Assembly: GCA_964577685.1 (NCBI GenBank)
Contig: CAZNZT010000005.1
Span: 4,185 to 68,184, forward strand
From: an uncultured Methanosarcinales archaeon
Lineage (GTDB): Archaea > Nanobdellota > Nanobdellia > Woesearchaeales > JACPBV01
Reading direction: 5' to 3'
DNA: 64,000 nt
Shown here piece by piece: positions 26,933 to 36,827 of the stretch; the first letter of the stretch is position 1, and each line of letters begins with the position of its first letter. The notes below the pieces were generated by a model. It saw only the letters and a list, made by a program, of their open reading frames with translations, was not told the origin of the DNA and did not search any database. The position numbers and the translations under genes are program-made.

Positions 26933-27718
26933 ATGATAGTTCAAAGAGATTTTTTAAATAAGCTAAAAGAATTCGGTTTAAATGGTTATGAAAGTAAAAT
27001 ATGGACAGCCTTGCTTTCTAGAGGGGTTTCTACTGCTGGAGAACTCTCAGATATAGCAGATGTACCAAGGAGCAGAAGTTATGATGTTCTTGAAAGTTTG
27101 GAGAAGAAGGGATTTATAATAAAAAAGATGGGAAAGCCAATAAAATATATCGCAATCAAACCTGAAGAGGCCATAGAAAGGATAAAGAAAAAGATTGAAG
27201 AAGAAACAAAGCTTCGCTTGGAATTAATAGAGAGCTTAAAGTCTGCTGATGTATTTGAAGAACTGAATTTAATGCATAACAGAGGACTAGCATCTATTAA
27301 AGCATCGGATTTAAGTGGAGCAATAACAAATAGGAGGAATATATACAATCACCTTATATCAATGATTAAGAACTCAAAAAAATCAATTACATTGTTCACT
27401 ACATCAGAAGGCATTATAAGGAAGAAAGATATTATGCTAAGGTATCTAAAAAAAGCAAAAGAAAGAGGCGTAAAGATAAGAATTGCTGCACCGATTGATA
27501 ATAAGGCAAAGAGAGAACTATCAGAATTATATAGAATAGCAGAAATAAAAAAAACAAATATAAGGGCGAGATTCTGTATTATAGACGGAGAAGAAATATT
27601 AATTATGCCAATTGATGATGAGAAGATACATCCAAGCTATGATGTAGGAGTATGGATTAACACACCTTTCTTTGCTAGGGCTTTAGAGGGAGCCATAGAT
27701 AGTTACTTAAAGAGATAA
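26933..27718 (+). CDS. TrmB-family transcriptional regulator
   Basis: N-terminal wHTH KIWTALLSRGVSTAGELSDIADVPRSRSYDVLESLEKKGF typical of TrmB. C-terminal effector domain. 261 aa. Confidence 0.7.
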   Translation: MIVQRDFLNKLKEFGLNGYESKIWTALLSRGVSTAGELSDIADVPRSRSYDVLESLEKKGFIIKKMGKPIKYIAIKPEEAIERIKKKIEEETKLRLELIESLKSADVFEELNLMHNRGLASIKASDLSGAITNRRNIYNHLISMIKNSKKSITLFTTSEGIIRKKDIMLRYLKKAKERGVKIRIAAPIDNKAKRELSELYRIAEIKKTNIRARFCIIDGEEILIMPIDDEKIHPSYDVGVWINTPFFARALEGAIDSYLKR

Positions 27719-27838
27719 CTAAAATCGAAGATGGCTCTTTTTTTGTTTTGTATGTTATCTAACAAACATAAATTCAAAAGATTTAAATATTACTTTAATT
27801 TTATTTAAAGCTATAACAAAAAAGAGGTGCAAACCAAA

Positions 27839-28024
27839 ATGTTAACAATCCAAGAAGTTACCCTTGCCATAATTGTAGGAACATTAGCAGCAATAATATA
27901 CTCCCTGAGGATACTTGTTCTTATGGAGAGAAGAATCGCTAGAATAGAGATGCACATTGAGAGGGTTGTTGAGAGAGTAATGAAAGAAGAACTGAAAATA
28001 GAAAAAAAGCTTAAGAAAAGATAA
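27839..28024 (+). CDS. Small single-TM protein
   Basis: GAGGTG 9 nt upstream of ATG 27839. The track start 27827 is GTG. Hydrophobic LAIIVGTLAAIIYSL. Confidence 0.3.
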   Translation: MLTIQEVTLAIIVGTLAAIIYSLRILVLMERRIARIEMHIERVVERVMKEELKIEKKLKKR

Positions 28025-28414
28025 TTATCTTATTAGCTCCTCAAATAGGAGTCCCTTTTTTTCCGCTATTTCTATATTTGTCATATATGCTTTGTCTGTT
28101 TCTTCTAAATCATCCAAAGACAAAAAAAGCCAATCTTTCTTTCTGAATTTTATAGCTATATATGGTTCAGCTCCAAATATTTCAGAGAATGTTTTGAGTT
28201 GTTCAATCTCTTCTTTGCTTATATACTTCCATGGTTTCTTTGCTGTTTTACATTCTATAGCTAATTTTCTTATCTTGTTTGTTGCTAATATGTCTGCAGA
28301 AGGGTATTTCATTGAACCAGAGCCAGCTATCCTTACTGCTGACCATGAGTCACTGCCCCAGAATTTGTGTACAAGTTCCCTTTCAGCATTTATTCCTTTT
28401 GTTTTCCTACTCAT
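28025..28414 (-). CDS. hjc: Holliday junction resolvase Hjc
   Basis: GINAERELVHKFW...AVRIAGSGS...PSADILA...IECKT nuclease motifs. 129 aa. Confidence 0.8.
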   Translation of the reverse strand: MSRKTKGINAERELVHKFWGSDSWSAVRIAGSGSMKYPSADILATNKIRKLAIECKTAKKPWKYISKEEIEQLKTFSEIFGAEPYIAIKFRKKDWLFLSLDDLEETDKAYMTNIEIAEKKGLLFEELIR

Positions 28415-29304
28415 ATCTTCACCACCATGAAGTCTTCTGCTACTATTGTATTATCAAATACAGCTCTTGCATCTTCCTCAATCTCTTGGGTATTCTTATA
28501 TCTTGCACTGAAGTGGGTAAGGATGAGTTTCTTAACATTCGCTCTATTCGCAAGCAAACCTGCTTGTTTTGCAGTCATATGACCATATTCTTCTCCTTTT
28601 TTTTCTAGTTCAGATGTATATGTAGATTCACAAATTAGGATATCTGCATTCTTTGCTAATTTTAGAGCATTTTTACATGGAACTGTGTCTGATATTATTG
28701 TAATCTTTTTTCCTTTTTCTATGTAGGTTACATCATTTGGGTTTATTTTTTTGCCTTTATAGAATATTGGTTTGTTACTTTGTAATTTACCAAGTAAAGG
28801 TCCCTGAGGAATACCAAACTTTTTTACTTTTTTTGTATCAATATGCCTTATATCTTTTTCAATAAAATTATATCCTAATGTAATAATACCGTGTTCTAGC
28901 TTCATTGTTTCTAGACAAAAATAATCATTTTCAAAAAATTTTCCTTCTTTATTTATTTCATTAACTTCTAGCTTTATTCTTTTATCAAAGACAAATGCTT
29001 TGAACATAGCATCGAAGTGTTTTTTTGTTCCAACTGGACCGTATATTTGTAATTTACCAGAATACTCTGAGGCACCTAGGGTAGATATGATACCTGGTAA
29101 ACCAAATACATGGTCGCCATGCCAATGAGTAATTAGAATTTTAGTTATTTTTGTTATTGGTATTCCTTTCTTTTTGAATTGTCTTTGGGTTCCTTCTCCA
29201 CAATCTACTAATATGCCTTCATTCCTATATCTAATAAAAATTGAACTCTGATTCCTATCTTTTGTTGGTACCATAGAGGATGTTCCTAAAAAGATTATTT
29301 CCAT
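28411..29304 (-). CDS. rnz: Ribonuclease Z (tRNA 3' endonuclease, metallo-beta-lactamase fold)
   Basis: MEIIFLGTSSMVPTKDRN...HWHGDHVFGLPG motifs. Start moved to ATG 29304, dropping a 50-aa hydrophobic extension. Its stop overlaps the hjc ATG. Confidence 0.8.
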   Translation of the reverse strand: MEIIFLGTSSMVPTKDRNQSSIFIRYRNEGILVDCGEGTQRQFKKKGIPITKITKILITHWHGDHVFGLPGIISTLGASEYSGKLQIYGPVGTKKHFDAMFKAFVFDKRIKLEVNEINKEGKFFENDYFCLETMKLEHGIITLGYNFIEKDIRHIDTKKVKKFGIPQGPLLGKLQSNKPIFYKGKKINPNDVTYIEKGKKITIISDTVPCKNALKLAKNADILICESTYTSELEKKGEEYGHMTAKQAGLLANRANVKKLILTHFSARYKNTQEIEEDARAVFDNTIVAEDFMVVKI

Positions 29305-29393
29305 CTCACTAAAATAAGAATAAGTAATATTTAAATATGTTTGTTTATATACCACTTTATCCAAAAGGATAAAAAGATATTTTAAGAGCCAAT

Positions 29394-29954
29394 ATGAATG
29401 AAGAGAAAAAAGAAATAAAGGAAGAAAAGAATAAAATAAAGGCAATGTTTGCAAGAGAGAGAGTCATAACAGAAAGCTCTGATTTGGCAAGAGAACTATA
29501 TAATAAGAGCAGATATGGTACTATGTTAGAGAATGGAAAGGTACAGCTCTCATTACTTGAGGCACTTTATTTGCTAGAAAAAGGGAAACTAGAGATTCTA
29601 GATGGAAAAAATAAGCCTATTAGTTTTGAAAAATTTATAAAAAAAGCCCAGAAGATAGAACCAAATTTTTGGATAAGGTATTGCGTGTTTAAGGATATTA
29701 GGAATAGAGGTTATATAATAAAAACAGCGTTAAAATTTGGTGCAGATTTTAGAGTCTATGACAGAGGGGTAAAACCCGGAGAAGATCATGCTAAATGGAT
29801 AGTATATCCAGTCCACGAAGCAGATACTCTAACATGGTATGAATTTGCTGCTAAGAATAGGGTTGCTCATTCTACAAGAAAAAGATTACTATTGGGCATA
29901 GTAGATGAGGAGAACTCTTGCACTTATTACGAGATTGCTTGGAAGAGGCCTTAG
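29394..29954 (+). CDS. endA: tRNA-splicing endonuclease catalytic subunit
   Basis: GADFRVYDRG...HAKWIVYPV...K catalytic region and N-terminal domain. 186 aa. Confidence 0.8.
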   Translation: MNEEKKEIKEEKNKIKAMFARERVITESSDLARELYNKSRYGTMLENGKVQLSLLEALYLLEKGKLEILDGKNKPISFEKFIKKAQKIEPNFWIRYCVFKDIRNRGYIIKTALKFGADFRVYDRGVKPGEDHAKWIVYPVHEADTLTWYEFAAKNRVAHSTRKRLLLGIVDEENSCTYYEIAWKRP

Positions 29955-30001
29955 TAAATATATAAAAAATTATATAAACAAAGATTCCTTTTTTGTAAAA
30001 T

Positions 30002-30832
30002 ATGGAAAATAACAAAGAAAGAATTATCCAGTTTATAAAGCAAAAAGGACCTGTTCTACCAGTAGAAGTTGCAAAGAGCGTAGGCTCTAATATTATAATG
30101 GCTTCTGCTCTTTTATCTGAATTATGTTCAACTAAGCAAATAAAAATCTCGCACTTAAAGGTAGGTGGTTCTCCTCTGTACTATTTACCTGGACAGGAAG
30201 CAGAATTACAAAAATTTTCAGATAATCTGCATGAGAGAGAAAAAGAGGCATATTTATTACTCAAAGAAAACAAGGTTTTAGATGATTCAAAATTGGAGCC
30301 AGCAATAAGAGTTGCTATAAGAAATCTTAGGGATTTTGCAATCCCTTTAGAAGTAAATTACAAAGATAAGAAGGGGTTATTTTGGAAATGGTATTTGCTG
30401 ACAAACAAAGAGGTCGAAGAGTTAATAAAGGTTCTTTTTGGAGAAAAGAAAACTAAATTTGAAAAGAACAAAAATGAAGTAGAGACATTTGAGCAAAAAA
30501 AAATAGAAAGCAAGAGAATAGACAATAATAGATTCCTAGATGAAGTCATAAAGTACTTAAACAAGAATAAGATGGACATACTAAGCAAAGACATTATTAA
30601 AAAAAATGAGATTGACTTTATTATTCAAATCCCCTCGGCTGTAGGCAAATTAGAGTATTATTGTAAAGCAAAAAATAAAAAAAGAATTAATGATGGGGAT
30701 TTGGCGTCTGCATTTATACAAGGACAACAAAAAAAATTGCCAGTATTGTTTTTGACTAGTGGAGAATTAACAAAAAAAGCAAGAAGCATGCTTGAAAAGG
30801 AATTCAAAGGAATGTATGTAAAGAGGATATAA
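30002..30832 (+). CDS. Hypothetical protein with N-terminal winged-helix-like region
   Basis: IIQFIKQKGPVLPVEVAKSVGSNIIMASALLSEL wHTH-like. The C-terminal 80 aa are weakly nuclease-fold-like. No firm motif. Confidence 0.35.
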   Translation: MENNKERIIQFIKQKGPVLPVEVAKSVGSNIIMASALLSELCSTKQIKISHLKVGGSPLYYLPGQEAELQKFSDNLHEREKEAYLLLKENKVLDDSKLEPAIRVAIRNLRDFAIPLEVNYKDKKGLFWKWYLLTNKEVEELIKVLFGEKKTKFEKNKNEVETFEQKKIESKRIDNNRFLDEVIKYLNKNKMDILSKDIIKKNEIDFIIQIPSAVGKLEYYCKAKNKKRINDGDLASAFIQGQQKKLPVLFLTSGELTKKARSMLEKEFKGMYVKRI

Positions 30833-30833
30833 A

Positions 30834-31871
30834 ATGGGGGTTGCTATAACTGAGTTACTCATAAGGAAAGAAATAGAAATAAGAGAACTCAATAACAAGA
30901 TAATAGTAGTAGATGCTCCTCTTTGGTTATATCAGTTCTTGAGTTCTATTAGACAGGTTGATGGAAGTCCGTTAATGGATAGCAAAGGAAATGTTACATC
31001 ACATCTTTCTGGTTTGTTTAATAGGTCAATAAAATTAATGGAGAGGGGAATAAGACTTGCTTATTGTTTTGATGGAAAGCCTCCGGAATTAAAAAAACAA
31101 GAACAAAAAAGAAGAGCAGAGTTAAAAGAAGAAGCAGAGTTAAGATATAAAGAGGCTCTCAAAAAAGAGGATATAAAAGAAATGAAAAAATATGCATCAA
31201 GAACTTCAAGACTAACAGAAGACATGATAAAAGAATCAAAAAAACTTTTAAATGCTTTGGGAATACCTGTAATAGAAGCTCCCTCTGAAGCTGAAGCACA
31301 AGCGTCGCATATAGTTAAAAAAGGAGATGCATTCGCAGTTGGTACAAATGATGCTGATTGCTTGATGTTCTCTGCACTTAGGATAGTAAGAAATTTAAAT
31401 ATAGCTGGAAAAAGAAAAAGAACAAATAAACTTGCATATGAGACAATAAAACCAGAGCTTATTGAACTCTCAGAAAATCTCAATAATTTAGGAATAGACA
31501 ATGATCAGTTAATAGCCCTATGTATGTTGGTTGGGACTGATTATAATGTTGGAGGAATAAGAGGAATAGGCCAAAAAAGTGCATTGAAATTAGTTAAAAG
31601 ATATAAATCAAATTTTGATGGGTTATTTAAAGAAGTAAGATGGGATGAAAACTTTGAATTTCCTTGGACAGATGTTTTCTATTTGATTAAAAAAATGCCA
31701 GTTAATGATAATTACTCATTAGAATGGGAAGGGTTAGATAAAGAAAAAATCCTAAAGATATTAGTTGATGAGCATGATTTCTCTGAAGAGAGGGTAAACA
31801 ATGCTCTAAAAAAACTGATTGAAGAGAAAGAAAAAAGAAAGCAAAAAGGATTACAAGAGTTCTTCAAATAA
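30834..31871 (+). CDS. fen: Flap endonuclease 1
   Basis: MGVAITELL...IVVDAPLWLYQFLSSIRQVDGSPLMDSKGNVTSHLSGLF...YCFDGKPPELK XPG-N/XPG-I domains. Confidence 0.9.
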   Translation: MGVAITELLIRKEIEIRELNNKIIVVDAPLWLYQFLSSIRQVDGSPLMDSKGNVTSHLSGLFNRSIKLMERGIRLAYCFDGKPPELKKQEQKRRAELKEEAELRYKEALKKEDIKEMKKYASRTSRLTEDMIKESKKLLNALGIPVIEAPSEAEAQASHIVKKGDAFAVGTNDADCLMFSALRIVRNLNIAGKRKRTNKLAYETIKPELIELSENLNNLGIDNDQLIALCMLVGTDYNVGGIRGIGQKSALKLVKRYKSNFDGLFKEVRWDENFEFPWTDVFYLIKKMPVNDNYSLEWEGLDKEKILKILVDEHDFSEERVNNALKKLIEEKEKRKQKGLQEFFK

Positions 31872-31901
31872 GTTGGAAAATATAATTCATAGCTCAAAAA
31901 A

Positions 31902-32729
31902 ATGGTTACATTGAAAGAGGCACTAAAAGGAAAGTTAACAAAAAAAGAACTCAAGTTAGTCCCAAGTTCATTTGACATAGTAGGTGATTTGGTTATATTC
32001 TCTGATTTTCCAAAAGAGCTTGATAAGAAAGATAAGATTGTAGGTGAAACTCTATTAAAACTTCATAAGAATGTGAAAGTTGTTCTCAAAAAAGTGGGAA
32101 AATACTCAGGAGAGTTCAGAACTCCAAAATTAAAGATAATTGCTGGAGAAAGAAGAAAAGAAACAGAGTTAAAAGAGAATGGAATAAGATTGAAGCTTAA
32201 TCCAGAGAGAGTGTATTTTTCTGTAAGATTGGCAAACGAAAGAAAGAGAATAATAGAGCAAATAAAGGAAAATGAGGTTATTTTGGTTATGTTTTCAGGT
32301 ATTGGTCCTTATCCTATAAGTATTGCTAAAAATAAGAAAGTAGATGAGATATATTCTATAGAATTGAATCCTATTGCTTGTGAATACCAAAAAGAAAATA
32401 TAGCCCTAAACAAAATTAACAATATAAAGCTATACAAAGGAGATGTTAGAGATATTGTCCCAAAAATAAAGAAAAAATTTGATAGAATAATCATGCCGCT
32501 TCCAAAAGGGGCTGAAGATTACTTGGATATTGCTCTTGGGGTTGCAAAAAAAGGGACAATGATACATTTCTATGATTTTCTAAATGAGAATGAGTTTGAA
32601 AATGCTGAAGAAAAAATAAAAAAAGTCTGTAAAAAGATGAATAGAAAATATAAGATAGTAAATCTAGTAAAATGTGGGCAGTTTGGTCCTGGGATATTTA
32701 GGATTTGTGTTGATTTTAAGATATGTTAA
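31902..32729 (+). CDS. trm5: tRNA (guanine37-N1)-methyltransferase Trm5 family (Trm5/Taw2-like class I SAM MTase)
   Basis: FDIVGDLVIFSDFPKEL, Met-10+-like fold, VMFSGIGPYPISIA SAM-binding loop. Confidence 0.7.
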   Translation: MVTLKEALKGKLTKKELKLVPSSFDIVGDLVIFSDFPKELDKKDKIVGETLLKLHKNVKVVLKKVGKYSGEFRTPKLKIIAGERRKETELKENGIRLKLNPERVYFSVRLANERKRIIEQIKENEVILVMFSGIGPYPISIAKNKKVDEIYSIELNPIACEYQKENIALNKINNIKLYKGDVRDIVPKIKKKFDRIIMPLPKGAEDYLDIALGVAKKGTMIHFYDFLNENEFENAEEKIKKVCKKMNRKYKIVNLVKCGQFGPGIFRICVDFKIC

Positions 32730-32785
32730 TTTTACATTATATTGATTGATAAATATTTAAATAGAAGAAGAGCATTCTTATTATT

Positions 32786-32860
32786 GCGTGTGCAATGACC
32801 TAGTGAACACCCACTGAAGCAATGCTGATGATTAACGGAAAGTAACTTGGGAGCACACGC
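32786..32860 (+). ncRNA. Candidate small structured RNA: 8-bp terminal stem GCGTGTGC/GCACACGC closing about 58 nt that contain CUGA and UGAUGA (box D'/C'-like) motifs
   Basis: A GC-rich island in the convergent spacer between trm5 and pan. The inverted repeat was read directly. No canonical terminal C box or D box, and not tRNA-like. Confidence 0.15.
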
Positions 32861-32887
32861 CTTCTTTATAAAAGAAAAAGATACTAG

Positions 32888-34042
32888 TTATCCAAACATT
32901 CTTAAATAATCTTCTCCCTCAAGCTTTTCTGTTTGCCTAACTTTATTTATGGCTAATATAATGTCTTCTTTTTTTATTTTTGTTCTGTTTTCTCTTATAG
33001 CGAAATATCCTGCTTCTGTACAAACAGCATGTATCTCTGCACCTGAGAACCCTTCCATTTTTGATATGAGGGTTGGAAGGTTTATATCTTTATCTAGATT
33101 CATATCCCTTGTATGAATCTTGAATATCTGTTCTCTGGCTCTTTTGTTTGGTAAGTCTATCTTAATCAGTCTATCTAATCTACCGGGTCTTATAACCGCA
33201 GGATCTAAAATATCTTTTCTATTAGTTGCACCTATCACTTTAACATTACCTAATGGTTCAAAGCCATCTAGTTCTGCCAATAGTTGCATAAATGTCCTGT
33301 TCACCTCTCTTTCCCCAGAAGTGCCTAACTCAACCCTCTTTGCCGCTAATGCATCAATCTCATCTATAAATATTATTGCCGGAGCTTTTCTCCTCGCCAT
33401 TTCAAATATTTCTTTAACAAGTTTAGCTCCTTCTCCAATGAACTTTTGAACAAGTTCTGAAGCAACTATTTCTATAAATGTGGAATGAGTGGAATTAGCA
33501 ACGGCTTTTGCAAGTAAAGTCTTTCCTGTTCCTGGTGGTCCGTAAAGTAATATCCCTTTCGGTGGTTTGATACCAACTTTCTTGAAGAGCTGTGGTTTCT
33601 TTAATGGTAACTCCACAACTTCTTGTATTTCCTTTATTTGTTGGTCTAAACCACCTATATCTTCCCATGTTATATTTGGTTTCTCTACAATCACAAATCT
33701 TTCTACATTGAAGCTTTTTGACGCCTTAATTTTTTTTATTATGGTAAGATTCTTCTGGTCTGCTAAAACAATATCTCCTGGTTTAAGTTTTTTACATGAG
33801 CCAGAGATTTGGACATAGAATTTATTACCATTCGGTATTTTGACAATAGCATTATTGTCATAGACATCTGAGACTTCGCAAACCATTAAAGGAGGAGTCT
33901 TAAACCTGTTAAGTTCCTCTTGTAATTTTTTTATTGTTTCCCTTAGAATCTTATTTTCATGATGAGAGCTGTTAACTGAAGTAGAATACTTATACACTGC
34001 ACTATCCAAAAGCTCATCTCCTTTTATATCATTATTTGTCAT
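32888..34042 (-). CDS. pan: Proteasome-activating nucleotidase (AAA+ ATPase)
   Basis: N-terminal coiled coil, OB domain, GPPGTGKT Walker A, AAA SRH region. C-terminal ...LRMFG terminus. Confidence 0.9.
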   Translation of the reverse strand: MTNNDIKGDELLDSAVYKYSTSVNSSHHENKILRETIKKLQEELNRFKTPPLMVCEVSDVYDNNAIVKIPNGNKFYVQISGSCKKLKPGDIVLADQKNLTIIKKIKASKSFNVERFVIVEKPNITWEDIGGLDQQIKEIQEVVELPLKKPQLFKKVGIKPPKGILLYGPPGTGKTLLAKAVANSTHSTFIEIVASELVQKFIGEGAKLVKEIFEMARRKAPAIIFIDEIDALAAKRVELGTSGEREVNRTFMQLLAELDGFEPLGNVKVIGATNRKDILDPAVIRPGRLDRLIKIDLPNKRAREQIFKIHTRDMNLDKDINLPTLISKMEGFSGAEIHAVCTEAGYFAIRENRTKIKKEDIILAINKVRQTEKLEGEDYLRMFG

Positions 34043-34062
34043 AAGGCTTAATAATTGATATG

Positions 34063-35028
34063 CTATTTAAAAACTTTTGGGTTAAGAATTCCATTTTTGA
34101 TTATGGCCTTACTTCCTAGCAAAATTGTCGGTTTTGAGATTATGCCATCCAAATGGATAGGGGCCTTTGTTTTTCCTCCAGGAAAACTAGTGTTATCTCC
34201 TAGGGCTATATGAACTGTACCATAGGCTTTCTCATCCTCTAGAGTTATCCCTGTTACTTTAGCTTTGTAGTTAGTCCCTATGGCAAATTCAGCAATGTTG
34301 TAGACATTCCTATTGTTGAATTTTTTTAACAATCTAATGAGTCTGTTAGCCTCTTTCTTTCCACTTATTCTTTTTACAAATCCTCCCTCTATCTCAAGCC
34401 TTATAGGAGCCCTTAGTTTTCCTATTCCTGCCATTGTTTTATCTATTACTATAGTACCATTTGTTTTATTTTCTACTGGAGCAAATCCAACCTCCCCAGC
34501 TGGAAGATTTCCAAAAGAACCTTTTTTACGATATAGTCCAGTGTCTTTGAAAGGTTTATTAATATGAAAAATAACATCAGTGCCTAAGGCAGTTATCAAT
34601 CTGAGTTTTCTCCTGTTTTTTAGCAAATTATAAAGAAATTGACAAGTTTTATTTATTCTATAATAATTTGCGGTTAGTGTCCTAATCATTATAGCTTTTG
34701 TAATACCTGGCATTGTTACTATCCTAACGCCAAGTCTAGAAGCGTCTCTTCTTGCCTTTGTATGGCTTAGGGACATTTTAGTTACTATTACAATAACATC
34801 ATATTCTTTCATTATTTTAGCTACTTTACTTGGTGGTTCTTCCCCATGGATTTTAGCAATTGGAATTTTTACCTTATCTGTATAGTTAGATATCCTTCTT
34901 GCCCTTTCTAGTAAAACATTTGCTATATCCTCTTTACTCCTATCATATATAACAAGAAATCTTTCATCTTTATTCAATCCCATACATGTATTTAGAATTG
35001 TATCAGCAGCTTCTTCTAATTTCCTCAT
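34063..35028 (-). CDS. M29-like (AmpS/aminopeptidase T-like) metallopeptidase homologue, short paralogue
   Basis: GNLPAGEVGFAPVEN, TNYKAKVTG, HIALG and HLDG motifs resemble M29. The track start 35136 is TTG and overlaps the upstream gene; ATG 35028 is preferred. Confidence 0.45.
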   Translation of the reverse strand: MRKLEEAADTILNTCMGLNKDERFLVIYDRSKEDIANVLLERARRISNYTDKVKIPIAKIHGEEPPSKVAKIMKEYDVIVIVTKMSLSHTKARRDASRLGVRIVTMPGITKAIMIRTLTANYYRINKTCQFLYNLLKNRRKLRLITALGTDVIFHINKPFKDTGLYRKKGSFGNLPAGEVGFAPVENKTNGTIVIDKTMAGIGKLRAPIRLEIEGGFVKRISGKKEANRLIRLLKKFNNRNVYNIAEFAIGTNYKAKVTGITLEDEKAYGTVHIALGDNTSFPGGKTKAPIHLDGIISKPTILLGSKAIIKNGILNPKVFK

Positions 35029-35030
35029 TT

Positions 35031-36812
35031 TCAAACTAGAAATTCTCCTTTTTTGAGAACCCAAAATATCTTTTTTTCTTTGTTCACTCCATAGATATCC
35101 AACTTCTGCCTTGGGGCATTGACAACTATATCCCAATGGTACATTGTTTTCCTATCTGGTTCAAAACCTAACCCAAGAGCAACATGTATCATTCTAGCTA
35201 TTTTTTCATTGACAATAAGATAATTGCATAATTTTGCTTTGGGGTTTGTATTAACAGCAAACTCTCCGATATTATAGAAATTTCTTTTGTAGATATTTAT
35301 TATCTCTTTTGGTAGACTTTTGCTTTTTTCTATCTCCCTAATTTTTTGCCATGCTTCCTTTCTTTCACGCTTCATAGCGTTTAATATGTGGCGTGGGGCT
35401 TTTACTATTTTGTATCTGTTTCCAGAAAATTCAACAACTATAGGTCTTTTCTCTGGTATCACATAACTTCTATCTATGTTTATAACGACATCGCCTATCA
35501 TCACACCATAAATCTCCTCTGGTGTTACAAATGTTTCTCCAGAGGGAAAATTTGCATAAGAACCTGCTTTTATTCCTGTCCTCTTATAATATTCTTTATC
35601 AATTATAGACCTCACATCAGAGTCCTGAGCTGTAAATAGTCTCCTTTTCCCATCTTTTACTAGAATAACCTTAAAGTCTGTTTTATATCCATCTATAGTC
35701 TGCCCTACCACCCTAACATAATCACACTTATTAAATATATCTCTTATCCTCTCACTTCTTTTTCTTAACCTATAATAATTGATATTGCAGGTTTCAATAA
35801 ATATGTCTATTGGTAGTGTTTCTGTTACAGCATATCTCATCATAGGGTCTCTCTTGTCTATGGCTGTTTGAGGCTCATATGGATCTTTTAACATCATCTG
35901 TCCCGGGGATGTCCATCTTGTTTTTTTATCTAGGGATGGATAACCAATAGATTCTCCAAAAAAATGTTTACCATAATAGCCCTTTGCATGAATGCCAAAA
36001 CCTGCTCGTATATATTCCATCCTATCTATCTTTAAAAGTTTTGAAAAATGCTTATATTTTTTAAAAACTTCTTCATCAACATTTTTGCATAATTCACATC
36101 CCTTTATGGTCTTAATAAGTTCTGCTGTTCTTACAGGTTTAGCTAACAATGAGAATCTGTCAGATATGGATGTCATTTTTACTTTTGCCTTAAACTTTTC
36201 TGCTACCAGAGCCATAGAAAGTGCTATTGAATAAGAATCAAGGTAGTCCTCTAATGGTAACTCTGTATGTTTTTCTGACGGTATCAATACAAAAGAAATA
36301 TTGATTATCTCCCCCTTCTGTAAGTTATATCCCTCTTTCCATATTCTATTTGAAGTTTCTGTTAATTCTCTCCACCTATATCTTCTATGCCATTTACAGT
36401 TGTATGGCAAATCCAAGGTCCCAGTAAAACCATTCTCTTCTGCCCTTAGTACTATTTCTGGGCTCCTGAAGATTTCTTTAAATTTTCTTGTTTTTGTTCT
36501 CTTATTTACTGCAGATATAAAACCCTTTAATGCCTTGACCTTTTCTGTTTCAAGCTTCTTTTTTGTCCAATCATCATAAACAGACCAGATAGTTTCTAGT
36601 ATCCCTATGTTTGGGTCATCTTCTCTTGTTACGATAACATGTAAATCTCCACCAAGATTATGGATAGCTCTTGAAAGTGGAGCTAAAGAATAGAATGCAT
36701 TTTTCTGTTTTAAGCCTAAAGTAATAAAAACAACATTATTTTTTACCTTGCCTTCTAGGAGATTTGTATAATGTCTTACTTCTTCATTAAATATCCTTGT
36801 GTTATATTTCAT
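35031..36812 (-). CDS. M29-like metallopeptidase homologue, long paralogue (593 aa)
   Basis: ANFPSGETFVTPEE, TNPKAKLCN, HVALG, HWD. ATG verified at 36812. Confidence 0.45.
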   Translation of the reverse strand: MKYNTRIFNEEVRHYTNLLEGKVKNNVVFITLGLKQKNAFYSLAPLSRAIHNLGGDLHVIVTREDDPNIGILETIWSVYDDWTKKKLETEKVKALKGFISAVNKRTKTRKFKEIFRSPEIVLRAEENGFTGTLDLPYNCKWHRRYRWRELTETSNRIWKEGYNLQKGEIINISFVLIPSEKHTELPLEDYLDSYSIALSMALVAEKFKAKVKMTSISDRFSLLAKPVRTAELIKTIKGCELCKNVDEEVFKKYKHFSKLLKIDRMEYIRAGFGIHAKGYYGKHFFGESIGYPSLDKKTRWTSPGQMMLKDPYEPQTAIDKRDPMMRYAVTETLPIDIFIETCNINYYRLRKRSERIRDIFNKCDYVRVVGQTIDGYKTDFKVILVKDGKRRLFTAQDSDVRSIIDKEYYKRTGIKAGSYANFPSGETFVTPEEIYGVMIGDVVINIDRSYVIPEKRPIVVEFSGNRYKIVKAPRHILNAMKRERKEAWQKIREIEKSKSLPKEIINIYKRNFYNIGEFAVNTNPKAKLCNYLIVNEKIARMIHVALGLGFEPDRKTMYHWDIVVNAPRQKLDIYGVNKEKKIFWVLKKGEFLV

Positions 36813-36827
36813 ATGGATACTAGAATT

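Noticed and set aside
29305-29454. 50-aa hydrophobic N-terminal extension of RNase Z in the track ORF 28411..29454
   Set aside because: RNase Z short form begins at the conserved MEIIFLGTSS; an ATG is present at 29304. The extension has no homology.
32786-32860. tRNA gene in the GC-rich island
   Set aside because: A 7-8 bp terminal stem exists, but I could not fold D, anticodon or T arms (no GTTC-like T loop, no U8) on either strand.
35029-35136. TTG-initiated extension of the short M29-like gene overlapping the upstream gene by 106 nt
   Set aside because: The track start is TTG. An in-frame ATG at 35028 lies 2 nt after the upstream stop, fitting the tight-junction pattern of this genome.
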